A stretch of 64,000 bases of DNA from Pirellulales bacterium (lineage in GTDB: Bacteria > Planctomycetota > Planctomycetia > Pirellulales > JAICIG01), in assembly GCA_035531595.1 (NCBI GenBank), contig DATKSN010000032.1, positions 20,801 through 84,800 on the forward strand, read 5' to 3'. Both the position numbers and the translations under genes were made by a program. Position 1 is the first letter of the stretch; every line of letters begins with the position of its first letter. Of this stretch, positions 1 to 7,441 are shown one piece after another. The notes beneath the pieces were generated by a model, which was not told the DNA's origin, searched no databases, and saw only the letters and a list, made by a program, of their open reading frames with translations.

Positions 1-76
1 CGAAGTTGGGCCCGCTGGCCCAACGAAACTTGAAGCGTCTGAGCCGTCCCCTCAACTGAAGTCAAGGTGGCCGAAA

Positions 77-1657
77 ATGGACATGCCCGTGGAAACGACC
101 GTGCGAGACGTTTTTCTCTTGCCGTTCCGGCACCGCTGGAAGTGTTCGTTGTTTTTCGTGGTCGCCGTCGCCGCCTCGTGGGCCTGGACCACATTGGGTC
201 CCAGGGATTTTCGCTCTGAATCGAAGCTTTTCATCCGGCTGGGCCGTGAAAACGTGGCGCTCGACCCGACGGTGACCTTCGGCCAATCTCCCGCCGTGGC
301 GATTCCCCAATCGCGTGACAACGAAATCAACTCCGTGACCGAAATGCTGCTTAGCCGGGTGCTCGTCGAACAGGTGGTCGATGATCTGGGCGCGGCGGCG
401 ATCCTTGATCCGGATGACCATCCGATCGGCTCCGGCGGGGTGCTAACGGCCCCCGCTCGCCATGACGCGAGCGTGCCGGAAAGCGCCTTGTGGCGATGGG
501 GGAGCCGTCTGGGGCTTCTGACGCCGTTGACGGGCCGCCAGCGCGCCATCGAACGGCTGCGGAAAATGGTCTGGGTCGAGGCCCCACGCAAGTCGGATGT
601 GATTACGGTGGCCTGCGATAGCCCGAGCCCCGAACTCTCGAAAGCCATCGTCTCGAAGCTCGTCGAAGCCTACCTCGACCACCATGTGCGATTGAATCGG
701 ACTCCTGGAGCGCACGATTTCTTCGCCTTGCAAACCGACCGCTTGAGCCAGGGATTGAGCCGATCGGAACTGGCGATGCGCGACCTGAAAAACTCGACCG
801 GCGTGAGCTCGGTGCCCACCCAGCGCGAGCACCTGATCGACCGGATTGCCCGCCTCGAAAACGAGCAACTGCAAGCGGCCGCCGAACTGGCCGCGGCCGC
901 GGCCGAGGTGCGATTGCTGAATGAAATGTTGGCGAGCATGTCGCGCACCCAGATCCACGAGGAAACCTCGGGCGTGGGCAACGGGGCCGCCGACCGGATG
1001 CGAGACCAGTTGTACGCCCTGGAAGTAAAACAGCAGGAGTTGCACGCCAAGTTTACCGACGCGCACCCGGGAATCCGGCAGGTGCGCGAACAGATCGAAG
1101 CGGCCCGCGCGATTCTCGACCAGGAGGAGCGGACGCTGACCCACGTCAAAACCGGGCCCAGCAAGACCTACGAAGCGGTCCAGCTCGCGCTCGTGACGCG
1201 AGAGCCGGTATTGGTTTCGTTGCGAGCCAAAGCCGACGCGCTGGGCGGACAATTGACCGCCGAACGCACCCGCCTCGAACGGTTCAACGATCATGAATTG
1301 AAGCTCGCCAAGCTCGAGCGCACGATCGAGCTTGAAGACGCCAACTACCGCAAATACGCGGAAAACCTGGAGCAAGCGAACATCGACCAGGCGTTGGAAC
1401 TGGAGCGGATCTCGAACATCAACATCGTCCAGCCGGCCACGTTCGAAGCCAAGCCGGTGCGGCCGCGGCCGCTGATCAACCTGGCGCTGGGCATCGCGGC
1501 GGGCTTGTTCGGCGCCTTGGCCCTGGCGCTGGCGGCCGACCGGGCCGACCACTCGTTCCGCACACCCGATGACATCGAGCGCCGGCTGGATTTGCCGGTG
1601 CTGGCCTCGATCCCACGCATGACGCCAAAGCAGTTCGTGACGAACGGAAAGCGATAG
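77..1657 (+). CDS. Polysaccharide co-polymerase / chain-length determinant (Wzz/GumC-type PCP)
   Basis: 526-aa ORF. N-terminal TM helix (LFFVVAVAASWAW), long coiled-coil middle (ENEQLQAAAELAAAAAEV, LKLAKLERTIELEDANYRKY) and a second TM near the C-terminus (LINLALGIAAGLFGALALALAA) give the PCP topology. A BY-kinase-like gene follows. Confidence 0.8.
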   Translation: MDMPVETTVRDVFLLPFRHRWKCSLFFVVAVAASWAWTTLGPRDFRSESKLFIRLGRENVALDPTVTFGQSPAVAIPQSRDNEINSVTEMLLSRVLVEQVVDDLGAAAILDPDDHPIGSGGVLTAPARHDASVPESALWRWGSRLGLLTPLTGRQRAIERLRKMVWVEAPRKSDVITVACDSPSPELSKAIVSKLVEAYLDHHVRLNRTPGAHDFFALQTDRLSQGLSRSELAMRDLKNSTGVSSVPTQREHLIDRIARLENEQLQAAAELAAAAAEVRLLNEMLASMSRTQIHEETSGVGNGAADRMRDQLYALEVKQQELHAKFTDAHPGIRQVREQIEAARAILDQEERTLTHVKTGPSKTYEAVQLALVTREPVLVSLRAKADALGGQLTAERTRLERFNDHELKLAKLERTIELEDANYRKYAENLEQANIDQALELERISNINIVQPATFEAKPVRPRPLINLALGIAAGLFGALALALAADRADHSFRTPDDIERRLDLPVLASIPRMTPKQFVTNGKR

Positions 1658-1661
1658 GACC

Positions 1662-2396
1662 ATGTCGAGCACCGCGCCGGCCATCGCCGCCCAAAAAAAC
1701 CTGGCCGCCCAAAAAAACCTGGCCGAACCAAACGACTTGGCCGCTCAAAACGACCACGCCGTGCAAGGCCGCCATCGGTCGGGGCGGTTGCCCCCGTCGG
1801 CGGACGACGAGCGTTTTACGGCCCTGTTGCGCGGGCTGCCGTGGCCCGGCGCCGGCGGCGCCGACTCGCTCAAGACCGTGGGCTTTACGAGTTGCCGCGG
1901 TGGCGAAGGCGTGAGCACGGTGGCGGCCCGGCTGGCCGTGAGAGCCGCGGAACTGGGCGGCCGAGGCGTGCTGCTGGTCGACGCCAATCTGCTGCGGCCG
2001 GCGGTCGAACGGCTGTTCGGCCTGGCACGGGAAGCGGGGCTTTCCGACGTGCTACTCGAAAACTGCGAGTTGTCGGCCGCGATCCGCACGACACATGTGG
2101 AGCGGCTACGGGTGCTTTCGGCCGGCCGACGGGCGGTCCACCCTGATGAAGTACACGATCCGGCGCGGATGGCCGAATTGGTCGCCACGCTCAAGGAGGA
2201 TTTTGATCTAGTGGTCTTCGACCTGCCAGCGGCGGGCGAAATCGTATCCGCCGCCTGCCTCGCCGCCCTGTTGGACGGCGTGGTGTTGGTGGTCGAGGCC
2301 CAACAAACGTCTTGGGAGGCGGCCCAGCGTGTTACCCGGCAGCTCTCGCGCGCCAACGCGCGGCTGCTGGGGGCGGTTTTGAACGATCGGCTTTGA
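1662..2396 (+). CDS. BY-kinase-like P-loop ATPase (CpsD/CapB family) with degenerate Walker A
   Basis: 244-aa ORF. Walker A-like TSCRGGEGVSTVAARLA (Val where the GEGKST lysine is expected), Walker A' VLLVDANLLRP, Walker B DFDLVVFDLPA, no C-terminal Tyr cluster. Sits 4 nt after the PCP gene. Confidence 0.7.
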   Translation: MSSTAPAIAAQKNLAAQKNLAEPNDLAAQNDHAVQGRHRSGRLPPSADDERFTALLRGLPWPGAGGADSLKTVGFTSCRGGEGVSTVAARLAVRAAELGGRGVLLVDANLLRPAVERLFGLAREAGLSDVLLENCELSAAIRTTHVERLRVLSAGRRAVHPDEVHDPARMAELVATLKEDFDLVVFDLPAAGEIVSAACLAALLDGVVLVVEAQQTSWEAAQRVTRQLSRANARLLGAVLNDRL

Positions 2397-2405
2397 CGGA
2401 CAACG

Positions 2406-3497
2406 ATGATGTTTGCCAGATTGAAAGAACCGGCCCGCCGAAGGGCTCGGCGCGCGCGAGGAGTATTTCGGCAAGACCTGCACGACGTCGCCCATTTGCG
2501 GCGGGTTCTCGAGCGCGAGCGGGCTCGCAGCGATCGCACGGGCGACCCGTTTTCGTTCTTGATCTTCACGCCTCGCGGCAAGGAATTTGAACTCGCCACC
2601 TGGCGCCGCCTGGCGAAGATCCTCAAGCGCCGGTTGCGATTGACCGACGACGCCGGTTGGCTCGACGGTGAGCGGATTGGCGTCGTGCTGCCGCATACGC
2701 CGGCTTCCGGCGCTTGGAAATTGGCCGATGACGTGTGTCTGGAATTTCCGCCGCGCACGCCGCCGCCGCTGTGTGAAGTTTACACCTATCCCACCGACTG
2801 GGTCGATGACGAACGGAACGACGAAACCGGCGACGATACGCGCCGAAGGGACGACGCCGCGCGGCAGGTTGACTCGCTCGGCGTGTTTTTCGAGCGGCCC
2901 ATGCCGGCCTGGAAGCGCTGGCTCGACGTGGTGGGGTCCGGGGTGGGGCTGATCGCGTTGGCCCCGCTTTTTCTGCTGGTTGCGATCGCGATCAAGATCG
3001 GCTCGCCCGGCCCCGTTTTGTTCCGCCAGGATCGCAGCGGGCTGGGTGGCCGTCGGTTCAAGATGTACAAGTTTCGCTCGATGGTGGCCGGCGCCGAACG
3101 TCGCCAAAGCGAGCTACGGGCGCTCAACGAACAGGACGGCCCGGCGTTCAAGCTCACGGCCGATCCTCGCGTGACACGTTTGGGGCGGTTCTTGCGCGCG
3201 ACGAGCATCGATGAGTTGCCGCAGCTTTGGAACGTGCTCCTGGGCGAAATGTCGCTGGTCGGGCCGCGGCCGTTGCCCTGCGCGGAATCCGACGCTTGTG
3301 AATCGTGGCAACAGCGCCGCATGGACGTGACCCCCGGACTGACCTGCATCTGGCAGGTGCGGGGCCGCTCGCGGGTTTCGTTCGCCGAATGGGTGCGCAT
3401 GGACCTGGAATACGCGCGATCGGTGTCGCCGGCCACCGACATCAAGATTTTGTTTCAGACGGTGCCCGCCGTGCTCTTGCGCAAGGGGGCAAAGTGA
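2406..3497 (+). CDS. Polyprenyl-phosphate sugar phosphotransferase (bacterial sugar transferase core) with N-terminal GGDEF-like domain
   Basis: 363-aa ORF. C-terminal core motifs PGPVLFRQDRSGLGGRRFKMYKFRSM and DELPQLWNVLLGEMSLVGPRP follow one hydrophobic helix (LIALAPLFLLVAIAI). The N-terminal ~150 aa is soluble and resembles a degenerate GGDEF fold. Confidence 0.85.
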   Translation: MMFARLKEPARRRARRARGVFRQDLHDVAHLRRVLERERARSDRTGDPFSFLIFTPRGKEFELATWRRLAKILKRRLRLTDDAGWLDGERIGVVLPHTPASGAWKLADDVCLEFPPRTPPPLCEVYTYPTDWVDDERNDETGDDTRRRDDAARQVDSLGVFFERPMPAWKRWLDVVGSGVGLIALAPLFLLVAIAIKIGSPGPVLFRQDRSGLGGRRFKMYKFRSMVAGAERRQSELRALNEQDGPAFKLTADPRVTRLGRFLRATSIDELPQLWNVLLGEMSLVGPRPLPCAESDACESWQQRRMDVTPGLTCIWQVRGRSRVSFAEWVRMDLEYARSVSPATDIKILFQTVPAVLLRKGAK

Positions 3498-3516
3498 GGG
3501 GGCTATCAGAAATCTC

Positions 3517-4902
3517 GTGAAAATCGACGACACTCTATCGTGGGACCGCCTTCCCAGGCCGTCCGTGGCACAAGACGGCCTGGGAAGGCCGTCCCACTGG
3601 GCCGCGCCGCGCCGCGGTTGGCCGGCCCGTCTTCGCGGCGCCATCGGCCCGACGGCGCGGCAAGGCGGTCTGGCCTTGGCCGACCAGTTCGTGGTCAGCG
3701 GCGCGAGCTTCCTGACCACCGTGTTGATCGGCCGCAACTGTACCGAGAACGAGTTGGCGTTGTACGCCTTGGCCGGCAGCGTGGTCGTGCTCGGGACGAG
3801 TTTGCAATTGGCGATCATTTCCGTTCCGTATTCGATCCACGGCGCGCGCCTGCCGGACGAAGACCGCGCGGGTTACGCCGGCAGCACGCTGGCGCACCAA
3901 GCGGTGTTGTCGGGCCTGTTGGCGGCCTGCCTGGGCGTGGCGGCCGGCGTGCTCGGCTGGACCGGCGGCGCGGCCGGATCGGCGGCCACCGCCGGGATCT
4001 TGGCGGTGGTGATCGCGCCCATGCTGCTCAAGGAATATGTGCGCCGCATCGAAATGGCGCACCTTCGCGTGGCCTCGGCCTGCCGGCTCGACGCCGCGAC
4101 GGCCGCGCTGCAAATCGGCGGGCTGCTGTTCTTGGCCCAGCAGGCTCTGCTTTCGGCGCGCACCGCCTACGCTATGATCGGCGTGGCTTGCGGCCTGGCC
4201 GCGGCGCGCGGGCTTTGGTCGCGACGCGCGGGCTACGCGCTGCGTTTGGCCAGCGTCGGCGGCGACTTCCGCCGCGGTTGGACGATCGGCAAATGGGTGC
4301 TCGTGGCCCAGGTGATCAATTCGACGGTCGCCGCGGTCGTGCCCTGGCTGTTGGCGCTGCTTCGGCCGACGACGGCGGAAACAGCCGTGTTCGCGGCATG
4401 CCAGGGCGTGGCCTTGCTGGCCAACCCGTTCCTCTTGGGCATGAGCGGCTTCGTCGGCCCCAAGGCGGTGCATGCCTATGCGGCAGGCGGCGTCGACGAA
4501 CTGCGATCCGTCGTGTCGCGCATGGCGTGGTTCATCGCGGCCATCGCGGCCGCGTTCGTCGTCCTGATGCTGGTTTGCGGCGAGCAACTCGTCGTGGCGC
4601 TCTACGGCCGCCAGTACGCCGGTCACGGCGCGACCGTTTGCGTGTTGGCCGCCGGCGTTTTCGCGTACGCGATCGGCCTGGCGCCGGATCTCGGCTTGTG
4701 GGCCATTCGGCGCGCCGAGCTCATCGTCAAGCCCAGGCTGATTGGTCTGGCGTTGACGCTCGTCGCGGGGCTGATCCTGGTGCCGCCGTTCGGCGTGCTC
4801 GGCGGAGCGAGCGGTTTTCTGGCCGGCAACACGGTGGCGACCATCGCCATCATCGTCACTTATCGAGCCACCATTTCGTCGAACGACAGGAGTCATGCAT
4901 GA
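3517..4902 (+). CDS. Polysaccharide flippase (Wzx/MOP-type multi-pass membrane protein)
   Basis: 461-aa ORF, hydrophobic throughout with at least 10 predicted helices, in a Wzy-type cluster. The GTG start at 3517 would put the 58-bp hairpin (3540-3597) inside the CDS. The true start may lie downstream (in-frame CTG 3670 / TTG 3676). Confidence 0.65.
   Translation: MKIDDTLSWDRLPRPSVAQDGLGRPSHWAAPRRGWPARLRGAIGPTARQGGLALADQFVVSGASFLTTVLIGRNCTENELALYALAGSVVVLGTSLQLAIISVPYSIHGARLPDEDRAGYAGSTLAHQAVLSGLLAACLGVAAGVLGWTGGAAGSAATAGILAVVIAPMLLKEYVRRIEMAHLRVASACRLDAATAALQIGGLLFLAQQALLSARTAYAMIGVACGLAAARGLWSRRAGYALRLASVGGDFRRGWTIGKWVLVAQVINSTVAAVVPWLLALLRPTTAETAVFAACQGVALLANPFLLGMSGFVGPKAVHAYAAGGVDELRSVVSRMAWFIAAIAAAFVVLMLVCGEQLVVALYGRQYAGHGATVCVLAAGVFAYAIGLAPDLGLWAIRRAELIVKPRLIGLALTLVAGLILVPPFGVLGGASGFLAGNTVATIAIIVTYRATISSNDRSHA
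3540..3597. repeat. 58-bp hairpin (24-bp stem, one mismatch, 10-nt loop)
   Basis: GTGGGACCGCCTTCCCAGGCCGTC CGTGGCACAA GACGGCCTGGGAAGGCCGTCCCAC, 43 nt after the sugar-transferase stop. Confidence 0.85.
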
Positions 4903-5762
4903 TCCCGAGTTTTACCGTGGTCACGCCCAGTTGGAACCAGCTTGATTGGCTCAAGCTCTGCGCCGCCTCAGTGGCGGACCAGGCGGGTGTCGAAGTCGAA
5001 CACATCGTGCAAGACGCGGGCTCCGGCGCCGAGCTTGAGGCTTGGGCCGCCTCTCGCCCCGGTCTCAAGCTGCGGGTCGAGCGCGACGAGGGGATGTACG
5101 ACGCCATCAACCGCGGCCTGCGCCGCGCTCAGGGTGACGTCTGTAGTTACCTCAATTGCGACGAGCAGTACTTGCCTGGCGCACTGGCCGAGGTGGGCGA
5201 CTATTTCGCCAGGCACCCCCATGTCGAGATGGTGCTCGGCGACGCGGTGGTGATTGACGCCGAGGGAAAGCCAATCTGTTACCGCCGCATGGTGCTGCCC
5301 AGCCGCGTTCACACGAGCCTTTCGCACCTGGCCGCATTCACCTGCTCGATCTTCTTCCGCCGCTCGATCGTCGAGCGAGGCTTGCTGTTCGATACCTCCT
5401 GGAAGTGCATCGGCGACGCGGTGTGGGTCGACGCGCTCTTGGAACGGAACGTGAAGATGGCCGTGCTGCCCAAGCCGCTGGCTGCCTTCACCGTCACCGG
5501 CGAGAACCTGAGCCAAAGCCCGCGGTTCCAGCAGGAGCTCGCGCGTTGGCGGACGCGCCCCGGCGCGCCACCGCGATGGCTTACCGGGCCGGTGGTGCTG
5601 CACCATCGCTTGCGGCGGCTGCTGGCCGGCGCTTACGCCCGCCGCGCGCTGTCGCTCGAACTCTATGGGCGCGATTCGCTCGATCGCCGCAAACTCGCGA
5701 CCGTGCGCCGGCTGGGCAACCGCTGGTCGAATGTCGGCGCCTGGCCGGGCAACGCCGGGTGA
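4899..5762 (+). CDS. Family-2 glycosyltransferase
   Basis: Tail of the long 3540..5762 ORF, starting at an ATG that overlaps the flippase stop (ATGA). FTVVTPSWNQLDWLKLCAASVADQ ... DEGMYDAINRGLRRAQGDVCSYLNCDEQY matches the GT-A/GT2 pattern. Confidence 0.8.
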   Translation: MIPSFTVVTPSWNQLDWLKLCAASVADQAGVEVEHIVQDAGSGAELEAWAASRPGLKLRVERDEGMYDAINRGLRRAQGDVCSYLNCDEQYLPGALAEVGDYFARHPHVEMVLGDAVVIDAEGKPICYRRMVLPSRVHTSLSHLAAFTCSIFFRRSIVERGLLFDTSWKCIGDAVWVDALLERNVKMAVLPKPLAAFTVTGENLSQSPRFQQELARWRTRPGAPPRWLTGPVVLHHRLRRLLAGAYARRALSLELYGRDSLDRRKLATVRRLGNRWSNVGAWPGNAG

Positions 5763-5791
5763 GACGTTGCGCTGTGAGACGCGCCAACAAC

Positions 5792-7441
5792 ATGATGAAA
5801 ACGATGTCGCAACACGAGACCAACGATCGCCGCCGCGGCTTCTGGCTGGTCGCCCTGGGCCTGCTGGTGGTTTGCGTCGCCGCGCGGGCCGATTGGCGGA
5901 TCTCTTACGGCATCGACCCACTGGAGGATCTCGACGACGTGCAGATCAACGTCGCCGAAGGGACGTTGATCCGCCAACTGGCGTTCGTGGTGCTGGCGGT
6001 GGTGGGGACGTGGGGACTGCTTCGGCCCGGCGCGGGAAGGCTGCGCGCGCAGGGGATCCTGGGCGCCGTCGTGGTGGCATTGACCGCCTGGTGTTTCGCC
6101 AGTGCCGCATGGTCGGTCGACCCGCCGCTGACCTCTCGGCGGTTGTTTACCCTCGGCGCGACCATCGTGGCCGCCGTGGCGCTGGCCAAACACTTTTCAT
6201 CGCTCGAGGTATTGAGGTTGGCCTGTGTCTGCGCGGGATTGCAGTTGGTGCTCGACATGGCCTTCACCGCGTCCTTGGGCAATTTTCGTCCTTGGGAGCC
6301 GGGTTATCGCTTTGCGGGCTTGCTGCATCCCAACCACGAGGCGGCCAACTGCGCGCTCGTGATCCTCAGCTCGCTCGCCTTGGCCCGCGGCATACCAACC
6401 CGCGGCACACCAACCCGCGGCGCAAGCAAGGTCACGTCAACGCCGGACCTTGCTTGCGCCGAGGGTTGGTGTGGGGCAACGAATATACTTCACGCGTCCA
6501 ACAACGAGACATTCACGGTGGCTGGGGCAGAGCGTCAGCGATGCCCCGGTCGTCATCTAGCCGGGGCATCGCTGACGCTCTGCCCCAGCCACCACTTTCT
6601 CGTGACAAAATGTCTCATTCTCGGCCGCGCGAAGTATCATCCGGGCCAGGAGGCCTCGAGTCCACACGCGGGGCGCGTGGCGTACCGTGCGCTCGCCGCG
6701 TTGGCCGTCGTGATGCTCTTCCTGGCGAAATCGCGGACGGCACTGGTGGCGACCGTGCTAGGGTACTGCTTCCTCCGGCTGCAAGCCGCGGGGCGCAGGG
6801 CGAGGATCTTCGCCGTCTCGGCGACGATTTGTGTCGGCTGCGCCGCGTTTTTGCTCGCGGGCGACCTCGTCGCCGACGGGCTCTCGAAGGGCGCGAACCT
6901 GGGGCGTGCCGACTATGCCGACGTCTCGACACTCACGGGCAGGGTGCCGTTGTGGGAGGAGTTGCTGGGCGAAATCGCGGCCCAGCCGCTGACCGGCTAC
7001 GGATACGGTAGCTTCTGGTCGCCGGAACGGATCTTCTTCATTTCCGAATCGCAAGGATGGCCTGTGAGCCATGCCCATTGCGATTCCATCGAGGTCGCCT
7101 TGGCCCTGGGAGGGGTCGGATTGACGCTCTACGTCCTTGCGCTGGCGCTGGCGCTAAGATCGGCGCAGGCCGCCCATCGCGAGAACGATCGCCAGGGTCA
7201 TGACGGCTTTGCCGCGTTGATCTTGTTCGTGGCCGTTGGCGGTGTCGCCGAAGGCATCGGCGTGCCGTACTCGTTGTTGCAACTCGTCCTCATGAGCGCG
7301 GTGGCCAGATCAAGTCTGATTGTAGCGGCGCGGCGCGACGAATTCGCGGCGGCCGAGGGCGTTTTTGCTGGAAGTCCGAATCACTCGCAATCACACTGGA
7401 AATCGCGGCCCATCTTCGGTGGGCGGTTTACGGGACAATGA
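5792..7441 (+). CDS. O-antigen ligase/polymerase-like membrane protein (Wzy_C-type) carrying an in-frame repeat-element insertion
   Basis: Internal ATG (MMKTMSQHE) of the 5405..7441 ORF. Multi-pass membrane protein with RFAGLLHPNHEAAN and LFLAKSRTALVATVLGY motifs typical of the O-antigen ligase family. Codons over 6393-6637 are encoded by repeat elements. Confidence 0.6.
   Translation: MMKTMSQHETNDRRRGFWLVALGLLVVCVAARADWRISYGIDPLEDLDDVQINVAEGTLIRQLAFVVLAVVGTWGLLRPGAGRLRAQGILGAVVVALTAWCFASAAWSVDPPLTSRRLFTLGATIVAAVALAKHFSSLEVLRLACVCAGLQLVLDMAFTASLGNFRPWEPGYRFAGLLHPNHEAANCALVILSSLALARGIPTRGTPTRGASKVTSTPDLACAEGWCGATNILHASNNETFTVAGAERQRCPGRHLAGASLTLCPSHHFLVTKCLILGRAKYHPGQEASSPHAGRVAYRALAALAVVMLFLAKSRTALVATVLGYCFLRLQAAGRRARIFAVSATICVGCAAFLLAGDLVADGLSKGANLGRADYADVSTLTGRVPLWEELLGEIAAQPLTGYGYGSFWSPERIFFISESQGWPVSHAHCDSIEVALALGGVGLTLYVLALALALRSAQAAHRENDRQGHDGFAALILFVAVGGVAEGIGVPYSLLQLVLMSAVARSSLIVAARRDEFAAAEGVFAGSPNHSQSHWKSRPIFGGRFTGQ
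6408..6471. repeat. 64-bp hairpin inside Wzy-like CDS, adjacent to MITE copy B1
   Basis: CACCAACCCGCGGCGCAAGCAAGGTC - 12 nt - GACCTTGCTTGCGCCGAGGGTTGGTG, preceded by the direct duplication ACCAACCCGCGGC x2. Confidence 0.8.
6485..6637. mobile_element. Palindromic MITE-like element, copy B1 (inside Wzy-like CDS)
   Basis: ATACTTCACGCG..GAGACATTCACGGTGGCTGGGGCAGAGC..GCGATGCCCCGG..CCGGGGCATCGC..GCTCTGCCCCAGCCACC..AATGTCTC..CGCGAAGTAT. 153 bp, a near-perfect long palindrome with terminal inverted repeats. Confidence 0.85.

Noticed and set aside
1-76. Possible 3' end of an upstream gene at the window edge (frame-1 stop at 31-33).
   Set aside because: Only 10 codons are visible, which is not enough to support any call.
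3535-5762. Very long ORFs 3540..5762 (+, 740 aa) and 3535..4896 (-, 453 aa), rich in Arg/Gly/Pro/Ala.
   Set aside because: These are off-frame or antisense read-throughs of the flippase gene, typical of high-GC DNA. Only the last 287 codons of the + ORF (GT2, from 4899) look like a real protein.
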